64,000 nucleotides of DNA, taken from NCBI RefSeq assembly GCF_009914755.1, contig NC_060933.1. One strand, written 5' to 3'. Of the stretch, positions 28,664-43,245 are shown one piece after another. Each line of letters opens with the position of its first letter. The first letter of the stretch is position 1. Made by a program: the position numbers and the translations under genes. The notes under the pieces are model-generated. The model saw only the letters and a list, made by a program, of their open reading frames with translations, was not told the origin of the DNA and did no database searches. Source of the stretch: the human T2T-CHM13v2.0 reference genome, Homo sapiens.

Positions 28664-29450
28664 GAATTTATCTATCTATCTATATCGGTATCTATCTCCA
28701 ATGTGAAGCAATAATCATATTCTTGTTTCATAGAAAATAAAAATCATAAAATATCTACATGAAATAAAAATGCCTATTGTCTATTTGCATGAAGTAAAAT
28801 GGCAAATTAGTACTTCCAAAAATTAAATTATATTAAATGTTAATATTTTAATATAGTTTGAAAGTATAAAATAAAAACATAATTTTCTTATAATTCAATT
28901 CCTACAAGATGGCATTCTAAGTATTTGGAGGATACTTTCATTTTACTATTTTCATATGAACATGAGTTACATTCTATAAAGCAGTCATAAGAGTGCCTGG
29001 CACATCATAAAAGCTCTATAGTAATTAGTTATATAAAAACAAAATTATTTTCATAATCAGGAGGTACACAAAATGTTCTGACATGCGCTTTTTAAACTTT
29101 GCATTTTATTGTCATCATTTTTATAAAAATAATAAAAAGAAAATGTATATCATGTATACATACAAAATGATAAAAAAAATGAAAATGAGTTTCACACTAA
29201 GATTCCCTACCCTATTTAATAGACATAAACACTGTTGTGTTTTTCTGTAAATCCTTCCACAAAATACCCCTTACATACGTATTCTTATGTGTGTATGTGT
29301 ATGTATACATGTGTGCATGCATATATTATACTTAGTATTTTCAAATAAATGGCTATATATTATAAGCACTGGAGTTTTACTAATCAATATGTCTTGGAAA
29401 TACATTTGATTGATATATATTTGAAACTCTCTATTAAATAGTAGTAGAGT

Positions 29451-29764
29451 GGCCGGGTACGGTGGCTCACGCCTGTAATCCCAGCACCTTGGGAGGCCGA
29501 GGTGTGTGGATCACCTGAGGTCAGGAGTTCGAGACCAGCTTGGCCGACATGGTAAAACCTCGTCTCTACTAAAAATGCAAAAAAACATAGCCGGGCATGG
29601 TGGCAGGCGCCTGTAATCCCAGCTACTCAATAGGCTGAGTCATGAGAATCGCTTGAACCGTGGAGGAGGAGTTTACAGTGAGCCAAGATTGTACCATTGC
29701 TCTCCAGTCTGGGCTACAAGAGCTAAACTCCATGTCAAAAAACAAAACAAAACAAAACAAAAAA
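29451..29764 (+). mobile_element. AluSq-like
   Basis: Full dimer with ccattgc...acaagagc; (AAAAC)n tail. Confidence 0.9.
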
Positions 29765-30144
29765 TCACAAAGGTAATAGAAGGGAAATCATACTCTATTA
29801 CTCTATAAGAGATATCATTAAAAAGATAAAAGCCCCTGCATATAACTTCATATTTATAGATCAAATACTGAATTAGCTTCTTCAGAATTCAAAAAGAAGT
29901 CTCTAATGTTTTCTATCAACATTTCTATTCAACTAGAGTAACTAAACTGTATAACAGAAAAAAAAAGAAATAGAAGTACAAAATTGGAACCCTGAAAATA
30001 AAGCTGTCATTATTTCTAAGTGACATAATTGCATACGTAGAAAGCCCAAAGTACTCTAGAAAAAAAATAAGAGTGTTGATTAATAAATTTAGCAAGGTTC
30101 TTGGATGCCAGGAAAATGTATTAAATCAGTTGAATCACCTACAT

Positions 30145-30240
30145 AGTTGGCAAACTTTTCTTTAAGGAACAAGATAATATGTATTTTCACCTCTGTGGCC
30201 ATTATGGCCTGTCACTACTCAACTTTGCAATTATAGTAGT
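30145..30240. mobile_element. MER58-like hAT MITE fragment
   Basis: gttggcaaacttttct...actactcaactttgc pattern. Confidence 0.55.
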
Positions 30241-33200
30241 CCTTTGATTTGTGTTCCATACACTGTTCCATATCACAATCTTGCTACGAGCCTCTGCTGC
30301 TCTGAACATGTGGTACCAGCATGGTACTGTGTTCCATTCACATATTTTACAACAGTCTCTACTTGACATTTAGACAGTTTTCTTTGCCTCACAATATAAT
30401 TCCATCTGCAACATACATTTAGATATCCATTAAGAGTTTGGCCAACTGATAGTACTTTTTTCCACTTGCTAGTAATAATTCTGAGTTTTTTCTTGGTTTT
30501 GTGACTTTTTTTTTTTTCCAGTAAATGTAATGGATTCTAAGCAGGTAACATATAACTGCCATCTTGAAACAAGTAGTCCTGCCCATCAATTACTCATCAG
30601 CAGAAACACTTATGCTTACTGAAAAGAGAAACCCAGTAAGGTAGCCTCATTATTTGAGGCTGGAATAGCATAGAACAGATCCACTTAGCTTCTAAGCTTC
30701 TGCCTGATTTTGCAAGCATATTTCAAGAAAATGATCTAAGGATTTATACACTGAATAGGAATATCAACCCAGTTTTAAATAGGAATATCTAACCTTTCTT
30801 AATATTGTTGAACACTTGTAAGAAATTGATTCCAGGAGGTACAATCAACTACTACTTTATTTGCAATACTCCAGGACTCTGAAACACTAATTTCCATGCA
30901 TATATATTAGTCATCTCAGGGAAAAAAATTAGGTCACCCAGAACAGGTTCTCATTTCTATCTTTATATACTATTTGACTTGACAAGAAAACATCAGCAAA
31001 AACTGTGTGAAGTATGCTAATAAACTCGGTTTCATCTTATTTAAGAGAATGACATTGAAGTAGTACTAGAAATCCATTCTGTTAATAGGCAAAAATGGAG
31101 AATTTTGATTACAAGTAAAGGCACGTAATTCATGGCCTGATAATCATTGACAACTATATTAACACATATTAGCAGTAACAGCTCAATCTAATATCTTAGA
31201 TACAGAGATTTTAATAATCCACAAAAGAATACAAAGCTGAATATTTATATTTCTAGTTTTTACTAAATAGGGATGCATTCACTGGACTTTGCCTGATCCT
31301 ACAGTCCCAGCGCTTTTTTTTTTTCCACATAGTAGAATCCACCTACTCTTAAGTGTAGATTCAGTATGTCTACATTTCTAAGGTTAATATTCATCTCAGA
31401 AAAAAAAAGGGAATTAAGGAGTTGTGACCTATTATTCTGAAACTTTTTCTCTTCTGTCCTTTGTAAGTCTTCAGAATGAATATTTTTGCTTAGTTCATAT
31501 GACATTGTGTCCATTAGGTTCCTCAATCTTGTTGAATAACTATTGTCCCTAGTGCTAAAGACCATATTCTAGTAACTTTCATGGCACTCAATCTACCTGT
31601 ATCTAGGACCTTGTTTTCTTAGCGGTCTGATCTCCAAGTGGCCCTATTTGGGAACAGAAGCCATTCTGGATACATCTATCCAAGGTCCTGAGTCCAACTA
31701 TAGATCTAGGTTTTGAAATCTGACCTCTCTTTTCTCTGAAAAACAAACAAACAAACAAAACCAGAAAGTCTAATATCAGTTCCACGCTTCAAAATAGACA
31801 TTATTTGATGGTATCATAAATTAGAATAATAAACGTCTTGATCTAAATAAGCAATAAACATCTTAATTGTGATAAGATAAAAATATATCATGAAAGTAAT
31901 GATAATAAAATTATTTTTAAAACCTGATGCTTATTTATATCATAATCTATCCATCCTCCTGATATAAAAAGGTATCTTTCAGAAATTATCTATTTTGTCT
32001 TACCAAGATGTAATATTACTTCAAATGCTAAATATAAGTACTTTCATTAACAATATTGATTGAGAGAAAGTCATTTATATGATCATAAACTGAATTATTA
32101 AACAATATACAAAACTTTAATTTCAATATTTTGAGGGGTGTCCGGGGACTCAAATGACAGGAGCACAATATTTCTAACTATAGGCTCTATAAATAATATA
32201 TTTTATTGAAGAAAAATATATGCTTTCTTTTTTTCTGTCTACAATATTCAAATGCCAGTTGAGGATTCTCAGATGCTTTTAAATGTTTTGTAAGTAATTA
32301 TGTCTCTCCTTTAGAATTGTTTATATTATTGATTTGTTCATCTTATACCTTTTTGAGTAGATGACAATAAATTTAGCTATTTTCTATCTAAATAGTAAAC
32401 AATTCTTGAACTTCTAGGATGTGGATAATTAAACATATTTTGCAAATTACAACCTTCTCAGCATAATAGAGTTTCTTTAGTCTGGCACAAAGTAATTATT
32501 TAGCTTTTAGAATAGCAATTTAAAAACAATTTTAAAATAAGACACACAGTAATGATAAAGACTACTACTGCATAGTCAATTATTTAATTGAGTATAATAC
32601 TTTAATTATATCGTTTTGTTTAATTTTATAATACTTATTTAGCTATGTTAGTCATTATATAATTTAATTAACCTAATTAGTATATAATTATCATGATCAT
32701 CACTAAGCATAAGCAGAAGTAACTAAAGAACTGCAGACTAACATATTGTTCTGGGAGTGATAGGTCAAATTAACTATAGACCTAGAAGGTAATATGTTCA
32801 CAGAAGCTTAAAGCTTTGGTAAGAGATATTCTATATTAAGATCAGCTTGTATCTTCCCCAAGTCTCCATGGAGTGTGCTGACAGTTTAGACTTAACCTCA
32901 CCAATTGAGACAGCAACTGCAATTGAAACAATAGGTGCAAACCTAGGATTAAAGATTCTTCAATGGACATTAGACAGATAACACTGTTTAAACTGGGATA
33001 TCACCCAGTATTTTTCCACCTAGATTACAACAAACCTGTATACATCACCTCACACTTGAAATTATTTCATTGCTCTCCACAATATGGCTTAGGTTTTATT
33101 TTACAATTGCAATTATTGTGAGCTGTTTACTCCATTATTTCTTGCTTTTGTTCATTGTATTAATACCACTTTTAGATTATGTTTTTGCTGCTTTTAAATG

Positions 33201-35039
33201 TTTAATCATTTAATGTTTAAACATTTTAAATGTTATACCATCTTTTCATTCATTTTCAATTGTCTTTATTGTAATCAAAATATTTAAAGTTTAAATATTT
33301 TTCTGAGTAAAGATTTGTTCAGATTTCATATACTTAATAATTTTTTCACTTTAAAAAATATATTTTAGTTGCATGCTTTTGAACTTTCGTCTGTGACCCC
33401 AAAGTCATTGAAGAAGAAACATTTTAAATAAAATGACCTTTTCTCTTTCTTAGTTTGTCTTATTAAGTTAAATTTTAATCATTTTATATTCAGACAATGT
33501 GTTTATTTTTCCCTTTAAAATTAGTTAAGATTTAATTGTAATGTAAATGCATTAGAAAAATAATATTGTATAGTTGCTGGAATAGAAACCAGAGGAATTA
33601 ACTGTGATAAAAAATCATTTATGTCAATTGTTCCCAACTCATCTTTATGGATCAATTACTGAATCAATAATAGGCTTGTAAAAAGGAAATGGTATATATT
33701 TACTGTACTGAGTAAAAAAGACAGACGGTAGAGACATTCTATGCTGTCCTAATTTATCAATAGGTAATATGCCCACAAGAATAAAATATTCTACCTCAAG
33801 CTGGATGTGCTACAAGAAGTGTGAGATATTCTTACCCAATGATTTTGACTACAGTTGGGTTCCCTATTATATGAGTGTTGTTTAAAAAGAGAGAGCTTAA
33901 GGTAAGGTAGGATTTCACCCGTCAAGCAAACAATGAATCATGGCAAAGTAGCCTCCCGGTGAATTTGCTTCTTATTGACTTTATAGTCTACTTACCCACA
34001 AGCATCATCATAAGTAGGGGTCTCTGTTCATCTTTGGATGAGGAACACTTACCTTCTTCCCCAAGTTGTGTATCGGAATTCTGCTTTTAACTCTCATTAG
34101 CTTATATGTTAGTAGTTAATAGATGACTAATTATCATTAGATCAAATACTCTAATTTTCTTTGAAAGATAGCATGGCAGCGACTTGTTAGTAGTAAGGTC
34201 ACCCCCCAAAAAAGAATACAAATTCCTGTTTACAGTCATAAAACAATTCTCAGAATTTTTTATAGTATTTGACATTTTTAGGTGTTTTTAATTGTGAGGA
34301 ATGAGGCTTGTCAGCTCAGCATGCCATGATGCTGAAAAATTCAGTACGTTTAAATAATTTTTCTATGACTTTAGGGCCCACCTCCAGGAAGAATGCTGGC
34401 TGTTTAGTACTCATTTCTTACCAACATTCACATTGTGTACTAGTCTGTAGTGACTAACCTGTCCTATACCCTCCTCCTTGAAAGATTTATAGTTTGGAAA
34501 ATTTTCACTTCAATAGTTCAAAGCTTTTAACTGTCCTCAAACTCTGACAGTTTAAAGTCAACAGAGACACACAGTTGAAATCTGTAGACCCAGGGTTCAC
34601 TTCTTTAATGTGTTATCATAGTGTTCCATCTGTATAGGTTTCCCCACAAATTTCCCACTTAAAAAAGAAACAACAAACTCCTCAAAATCTCATAGCATGC
34701 ATGGTTTTTCCATTTATTCACCTCTCTCATTGAATATAAATTACTGTACCCAAGGCCTATATAAGTTAGATGTCTGAAAAATTATACCTAGGGTCAAATA
34801 GAAAACAATGTGAATATATTTTTCTGTGTGTAAAATGAAAAACGTCAAGCCAATAATAATACAGGCAAAAATAATTATGATGTTTCCCCATTGCTGAAAT
34901 ATGACAGTGAGCTGCTTCTTTCTTTGGTCATACCATAGGAAAATGTATGGTCACATACTTTAAATCATAAACATAAGAAGACAGTATAGGATTACTTATA
35001 GGAAAAAGCTCAGAAGGTGAACACTATTTCTGTTTTCAG

Positions 35040-35255
35040 ACTTTCCTTCCCTTCTTCCTCCCTCTCTCCCTCCCTCCCTCTCTTCCTTCCTTCTTTCCTT
35101 CCTTCCTTCCCTTCCTTCTTCCCTCCTTTCTCTCTTCTTTCTCTTTCTTTCTTTCTTTTTCTTTCTTTCATTCCTTTCTTTCTCTATCTCTCTCTGTCTC
35201 CCTCCACACTCCCTCCCTCCCTTCCTTCCTTCCATCCTGCCTTCCTTCCTTCCTT
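35040..35255. repeat. Polypyrimidine (CTTC/CCCT/CTTT)n low-complexity tract
   Basis: About 215 bp almost purely C/T on the plus strand. Confidence 0.95.
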
Positions 35256-35818
35256 ATAATTATTTTAAAGATGCCTGTATTCGAAAACCAATGAGGGAAT
35301 TCAACTTGTAAGAAAGCTTAACAGAGATTTATGGGTAATCCAGTATGTACTATGCCAAGTAGCAGAAAGAAGAAGGCAGATAATACTCTATTCTTCAATG
35401 CTTTTGCAATTACCTGAGGAGATATATGTAAGTTAAAAAAAAATACATTACAGTGGGAAAAATATAGCAAAAGAAAAATTTCAAGCTGAAGTATCACTAT
35501 GGAGAAGAGAATAATAAAGTGATTGAGGGCTTCACAAAAGGTATTTTCAAATAAAGTGATATTTCCTCATGATTTGGCAGAAAATATAGAAGGTTTCCAG
35601 GTTGACAGGCATACTGAAGAATATTCAGGCAGAAAAATCAGAGGTAAGGTATTGTATAATAGCCAGGTTCCTTCAGGGAAGTCTGTGTCAGTCCATCAAA
35701 AACCCGAGTGGTCTTTAGAATTAGAAACATCTGGAAATCTTTGAAAAAATATGAATGTCATTTATTTACCCCAGGCTTATCCAGCAAAACAGAATCTTTC
35801 TGGTTTTTTTTTGTTTTG

Positions 35819-35849
<31 letters not shown>

Positions 35850-36187
35850 TCCAGAGAGAGCAGGGAGCATAGCTGGGGATCTGCATTTAAACAAATTTCT
35901 AAAATGATGATAGTAATGGTAGAAATTCATAAATGATTTCTCTAATCTAAAGGGTTACAGTACAGCGTGCAGGTGAAGGTGTAGAGATGAGCAGCAGTAG
36001 AAAGAGATAAGAGAGAAAAGGGACATGGACAATTTTTTTTTATTAAATTATCCAGCCATTTTGAGAAGGGGTATTATTTTTAGTCACCTATGACATATGG
36101 GAAGGTGAAGGTTTATAGCCGTTAGATAACTTTTATTATGCAATTAAGAAATGACATTGGGTGTAGGGGATGAGGTTTATAAGGGTT

Positions 36188-36548
36188 TGCTATAGTTTGA
36201 GTGTGTGTCTCACCAAAACTTATACTTCGAAACCTAGTAACCGAGGTGATGATATTAAGAAGGTGAGGTCTTTGAAAGATTATTAAGTAATGAGAGCTCT
36301 CCTTTCATCAATGGGATTAGTGTCCTTATTTTTAAAAAGGTCCCAGCGAGCTGCCTTCCCCTTCTGCAGGGTGAGGACACATCTGAGATGAGGTGCCATC
36401 TAAGAGGACCAGGCACTCACCAGATCAAATCTGCTGGTACTATGATCTTGGACACCTCAGATTTCAGAACTGTGATCAATAAACTCTGTCGTCTATAAAA
36501 TATCCAGTCTAAGATATTTTGACATGGTATCCTAAACACAATAAGACA
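36188..36548 (+). mobile_element. MLT1A-type MaLR solo LTR
   Basis: tgctatagtttgagtgtgtgtc ... aatgggattagtgtccttat ... aataagaca. Confidence 0.8.
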
Positions 36549-36589
36549 AGGTTGATGTCCTTGGTTTTAAGCATGGCAAGATTGAGATG

Positions 36590-37420
36590 TAATTCTCAAA
36601 CCTTAAGTTTCAGGCAGAAACATTAAATATGCCTATCGAAATATATGCTAGAGGTTCGAAGAAACTACCCCTTTGAAATATATCTGGAATTGACAATATC
36701 CTTACCACCTCTACTGCTAGCATCTTAGCCAAAGCACCATTGTCCTTTGTTTTCACTATTGCAATAGTTTTTAATCTGGTCAGCTTCTTTGACACTTTCC
36801 AACTCTAAGCTCCGTAGAACCACCAGGGAATTCCTTTTTATTACAAAAGCAGATCATGGTATACTTCTATTTAAAACTTGTCAGTAGACCACCAATATCA
36901 CTATAAATAAAATCCAGAGTTTTAAGATAGGCTATCAGCCCCCACAAATGATCTGTCTCTCTCATCTCTATTCTCTCAAATATGTGCCTTGTCATGACCA
37001 CATGTAGTGCTGCCTGATGTTCTTAAACATTCAACCCATGTTCTCCACCAGGGATCTTACATGTATTCTTCTGTTTGGAATGGTATTCCCCCAAGTAACA
37101 CCAAGGTCATTCATTCACATCCTTCATTTCACTTCTGAAATGTTACTTTATCATTCCTGTCTTTCCCAAGCACCTTATAAAAAAAGAGGACACAGTCTTT
37201 GCTAGACTCAATTACCTGAATGTTTTATTTCTCTTCACAATACTTTCTCTACCTTTTGCTTACTATTTTATTGTCTGTCTTCCCCACTAAAATTTAACCT
37301 CCGTATATAGGCAGGGAATTCTGTTGTCTTTGTTCACTCCTGCATCTCAGCACTTAGCATAATGCATGGCTCATAGTATCTGGTATACAAAATGAAATAA
37401 TGAAGCAAATAAATAAAAGA
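36590..37420 (+). mobile_element. L2 3' region
   Basis: caccacctctactgct...gcagggaattctgttgtctttgttcact...tagcataatgcatggctcatagta, the L2 terminal pattern. Confidence 0.7.
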
Positions 37421-39567
37421 AATACCAGCGACTTACAATGACAGTGTAGGCTATGGATGAAAACACCCAGAAAGTTGGATGAGTGAGGAAAAAAGAAAAA
37501 AATACATGCATTGAATAGAGATTGAAATCCTGGAAGAGAGGCACACATAGAGAATATTTATATAGGACAGGCACAGAAGCTGGAAGAAAATCAGGAGAAA
37601 ATAGAATGAGAGAAAGCAGAGGAGGGGAGCATTTCAGAGATGGAAGGATCAATGAGTCTAATGCCGTGAAAAACTCAGAAAGTTAATATGGACTAGAACA
37701 TAGGATTGAGAGTCATTGTTATATACGTAGTATTTGATTGGAAAAGAGAGAGGCCTGTTAACTCATTTGACCACATGGCTGATTAGAGGTACACTAACAT
37801 TTGTGAATACCATTCTATTTAGCAAATATTTGGATAAAAAACACTTGACTAGAAAGTAAGAAAGAGAACATGGATCTAACTGGCTTTATCAGCAGGCTAA
37901 ATCCTGAGTTATGTTTTGATTAGACTATCTTTGTGTTTGGGATCAAGATAGTGAATTTGAGTCTTAAAAGCTGTGTGAATAAATTGTTGCCTTGTCATTT
38001 CACACTATTGAACAATACAAAGAAATAGAAACTGTTCATATGTCTTTTGGTGAACGAAATAAAAATCACATGGGACAATGGAGATAAAAAGGGTTTCTCT
38101 CACAGGTTTTTCTGTAACCTGTTTCAGACCATTGATACCCATCGTGATTTTCATCTCTATGTTCCTTTTGTATGTAACATCAATGTGTCACTTCTCTCCT
38201 CAAGAAATATCTATGCATCCTAAAAATCAAAACATATTCTACGAATGATTTTTCCTGTTTTGCTATTAAGTTGTTTAATATATTGCATTGAATATAATTC
38301 AAAAAATGAGTTTTACAAAGTAAATACAGACAAGCTCCAATCATGTTTTATTTTTCATTTTTTGGTCACATTTCTATCTATATGTGCTACCATTCTCATT
38401 TCCTTCCCCCAAAGCACGCTAAGATTTTTTGTTGTTATTTACTTCAGAGTAGTAACATTATGTATTTGGAGATGGATATAGAAGAATAAAACACCAGAGA
38501 AAATTTTAAAATTTTATTTTGCTTGGAATTGGTATTTGCCCAGTATAACAACTCAACATATTAATACAGAGGCTAGGGTTTGAAGGTATTCCCCAAACAG
38601 CATGTGTTGGAAACCTAATTTCCAACACAGTAGTGTTGAGAGGCGGGATCTATAAAGAGGTGCCTGGGTAATGGGGGGGTTGCCCTTTGAATAAATTAAT
38701 GTCATTGTCATGGGAATGGGTTTCTTATTCTGAGAGTGAGTAGCTTTTTATAAAGGCAAGGTTGGCCTCCTCTTGCTTTTTCTCACGTGTGTTCTCTTAT
38801 CCTTCCACCTTCCATTATGGGATAATGCAGCAAGAAGGCCTTCACAAGACACAGTTTCTCAATTTTGGACTTCCCAGTCTCCAAAATTATAAGCCAAATA
38901 ATTTTATTTTCCTTAGAAATTATCCAGCTTGCAGTATTCTGTTATCAAAGCATAAAATGGACCAAAACAGAAAAATGGTACCAAGAAATTTGGTCATTGC
39001 TATAACAAATACCTGAAAATGTGGAAGCAGCTTTAGAACTGGGTACTGAGTAGGGGCTGGAAGAATTTAGAGGAGCAGGCTAGAAAAAGCTTAGATTGTA
39101 ATGCATGGGGCATTAAGGATGACTGGTGAGGGCACAGAAGAAGAAACGGAATGTAAAGAAAGTCAGAAATTGCTTAGGGATTATTTGAGTAGTTGTGATC
39201 AGAATGTTGGTAGAAATATAAACCATAAATGTCATTCCGATGATGTCTTAGATGGAAATAAAGATAAAGATTTTGTAAAGTGAAATAAAGACCATGCTAG
39301 TTACATAGTTGCAGCGAACTTGGCAGAATTGTGTCCATGTCTTAGGGCTTTGTGAAAGCCAGAAGGTAAGAATGATGAATTAGGATACCTGGCAGAAGAA
39401 ATATCTAAGAACCAAAGTATTCGAGGTTCCACATAACTTCTTTTGGCAGCTTACAGTAAAATGAGAAAACAGATAGATGATTTGCAGACAGAATTTGTAA
39501 TTAAAAGGGAAATAGAATCAAAACCCTTGAAAAACTCTCAGCCTGGTCATGTAAAGAATAAAAAGCC

Positions 39568-39847
<280 letters not shown>

Positions 39848-40329
39848 TCAACTGCTAAGGAGATTAAAATGGATAAAAGATAGCTTGGTCCTATTCATTA
39901 AAACAAAGAAAGAATAACCGTGAAGTCATTTCAGTAAATCTAGAACATTGAGGGCAAGGTTTCCAGAGAGGTGTCCACAGGAACTTAGAATTTGCTGCCC
40001 TGCACTGCCTTAGGACTCTGCTCCTAGAATTCTGGTGCAGTACTCCTTGGTCACTCAAGCTATGGTCTAGAGGTCTCAAACCACTACTCCAGAAGGTGTG
40101 GCTTGGACTACTGGTCTAGCAGGTACAATCTGTAAACCTTAGCAGTGTCATAATGGTGCTAATTCTGCAAGTACACAGAATGCAAGAGCTGTGGGCTAAT
40201 GGTTGTCTCCACCTAGATTTCAAAGAATGTTTTTGAAGCCTTGGGGCCCAGGTGAGACTTGTCTCAGGGTTGAAGCCATCATAGAGATGCCTCACTAAAG
40301 TAATGCCCCACAGGATCACAAGAGCAAGA

Positions 40330-40860
40330 TGTTAGATATGAGTCCTAAATTTCTTTTCAAAGAATCAGTATGTTCAATTCTTTGCCTTCTACTTTTAAAT
40401 TTAACTTCCTCATAAAGCAACCTTTTTTGATTACCTGCTCCACCCTGACTCATTTCAATCACCAGCTCCACCCTGACTCATTCCAATCACCTGCTCCACC
40501 CTGACTCATTCCAATCATCTGCTCCACCCTGACTCATTCCAATCACCTGCTCCACCCTGACTCATTCCAATTACCTGCTCTATCATAACCACTCACCCTG
40601 TCACTCTCTTTAAATTAGCCAGTGGGAATCAGTTTAACCTGTGCGGTCTAACCCTAGCCAATAGGGGAACGACACAGCAGCAAGGGCCACATGTATCAAG
40701 GATAAGAACCCCTTCTCCCTTGTCCAAGTGTGTGCTCACCATTGCTCCATCTGTAAGGGGGCACCCTTCTATAGAAGTAACTTGCCTTGCTGAGGACTAA
40801 AAAGAAAATTTTATATTCGAGTGCTATTTCTTTTGTGGCACCAAAACTTTATTTACGACA
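40330..40860 (+). mobile_element. LTR10F-like (HERV-I/HERVIP10) solo LTR nested in MST-int
   Basis: tgttagatatgagtcctaaatttc start, ccaccctgactcatt repeat, end ...gcaccaaaactttatttacgaca. Confidence 0.88.
40430..40580. promoter_or_regulatory. 28-bp VNTR with five AP-1 (TGACTCA) sites
   Basis: TGACTCA at 40446, 40474, 40502, 40530 and 40558; unit ACCTGCTCCACCCTGACTCATTCCAATC. Confidence 0.85.
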
Positions 40861-42637
40861 ATTACCACTGCAGAGTCCTCACAGCTAATACCTAGCAGGG
40901 CCATGGGAGTGGGGGATCCCCTGGCACCCCCAAACTGTAGGATCTCCAGCATACAACTCTAGCCTGGAAGAGCTGCAAACATAAGACTCCAGCCCTCCAG
41001 AGCTGCTGGATAGACTGAGCCCAATGAAACCATAAGGGCAGGGCTGCCTGAAGCCTTAGTGGTCCAACCCCCACCCCAGTGTTCATGGAACCTGGAATAT
41101 GGAGCCAAAGGAAATTATTCTCCAGCTTTAAACACTTACTATTGTTTTTCCTCTTGGATTTTGGACTTCCTTGGGAACAGCCACCCTTTTCTTCTTTCCT
41201 ATTTCTCTCTTTTGTGATGTGATTGTCTTTCCTATGCCTGTTCCATCATTGTATTTTAGAAGTAATTTGTTTACTTTCGCAGGCATACAGCTGAAGAGAA
41301 ATTTGCCGCAGATGAATTATGCCTTGTGTCTCACGTAAACATGATTTAGATGAGAATTTGAAATTTAGACTTTTGAGTTGGTGCTGGGACAAGTTAAGAT
41401 TTGGGGGCTGTTGGGATGGAATAATAATTTTTTCACGAAAAAATATACATTAATACATCTATTTGGGGATGGAATGCTATAAGGTGTCTCCCGAAAGTTA
41501 AGTGTTGGCAACTTTATTCCCAATGCAACAGTTTTGAAAAGTGGGATCTTTAAGAGGTGATTAGGTCATGAGGGCTCTTCACTTATAAAAAAATTAATGT
41601 TGACATCTTGAGAGTGGGTTTATTACCGTGGAAGAGGGTTTGTTATCATGAGAGTGGATTTGTTATGAAGGCAAGTCTAGCCCCCTCTTTGTTTTGACTG
41701 CTCACATTCTCTTGCCTTTTACCTTCTGCCATGGGATGATGCAGCAAGAAGGTACTCACTAGATGTAACCCCTCAACCTTGGACTTTCTAGTTCCAGAAC
41801 CATGAGTCAAATGGATTTATTTCCATTATAAATTAGCCAATATGTTGTATTCTGATACGGTAGCATTAAAAAGAATAAAACAACAGAAAATATTGTTTCT
41901 AGTTTAAAATGCTTTCCAATGACATTCCTTGAAGTCACGGGATTTTGTCATGGGAACTTAAAAGTTATCTCTATTGACACCAATGCAGATAAGATTTCAA
42001 AGAACTCCTTTCAAGTAGAAATTAAATCAATTGGAAGAACCTTATCTTTCAGTATGTTAAGATGTTTCAAAAGCCTTATAAATAATAAATAGGATGTTAA
42101 TTTAAAATTTAAAATAATAAGTTTTTGTACAAACACAAAAACTGAAAATCTTTCAGTTTAATTCTTCTTTGAGAGAACTCAACTCAATCACTCACTGTGA
42201 GATTACTAAGATTACTACTTTGACTAATGGTTATTAAGGCAAAGGGAGCTATGAATTAGAAATGCCACATATACTTCAGTTCCAATGAAGGATATTAGAG
42301 AGAGGAAACATAACATTAATAGTATTTGTGGACAAATTGAGTTCTGCCTTTTATTTATTTTACTCATTTTGTATATATTTTTCTAACTGCTCATGTACTC
42401 TGTTATGTATTGTTGTTTGTGCAAAAAATAATTTAAAAATGTATTAGAACAAAAGAAAAATGCAAAAATAGCCATAGAGATAAGTGTAAGACTATGAAAA
42501 GATATTATATTACTAATATCTCAAATAAGTTGAGGCCAAATATCTATATATTGAGGACAAAAATACAATACTAGTGGTAATAAACAACTAGCCTGATTAT
42601 AAAATAGATGATAAAAAGTCATTAGCCTAACTTCAGT

Positions 42638-43245
42638 TTTCAGAGCCAGGAATTTGAGTGATTGAGATGTAAGTCTCAAATTTCAAGGTTTATTGAGCCA
42701 GCTTGAGGGCACACCTTTAAAAAACAAGAATCACAGGTGGATCTGTGGGTTGGTTTTTGTTTTGTTTTGTTTTGTTTGTTTGTTTTCCCAAAGAGGTTCT
42801 CAGGATGTTTAGGTATTGCACATTTTCCTTAAAAAGGTGGGGAGTGGGGGAACAGCAGTGAGAGGAATTATTACACACCTGTGAGATGTTAATCAGTGCC
42901 CAGTAAATCTACACTTTAAATAAGATAAAGTGAACATTTGAAGAAAAAGGGAAGAAACAGGTGTCTTAGAGAGGAGCAAAGGAATGATTAATCTCGTCTT
43001 TGTTAAGTACCTGAGAAGACAAACTAGCAATCCACATTATCAACATGATCAGTGTGGAGTCCTTTGAAAGTGCTGATTTCTTTTTAGCCCTTAGGGAAGA
43101 AAGCCTAATGACAGTAAGGGAGGAGGTGGAATGAGTGTCAGACCTATGAAAGCATGGCATTGAACTCATTCCAAAGTTTCTCTGGGATTCCTTGGCCAAG
43201 AGGGGATCTGTTCAGTTAGGTTAATGCTCAGAATTTTATTTTTAT
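42638..43245 (-). mobile_element. MER4-group ERV1 solo LTR (subfamily uncertain)
   Basis: aaggtttattgagccagcttgagg ... ccttggccaagaggggatctgttcagttagg...cagaattttatttt, typical of MER4-family LTRs. Confidence 0.65.

Noticed and set aside
40430-40580. CRISPR-like regular 28-bp repeats
   Set aside because: Head-to-tail with no unique spacers, inside a primate LTR; it is a VNTR.
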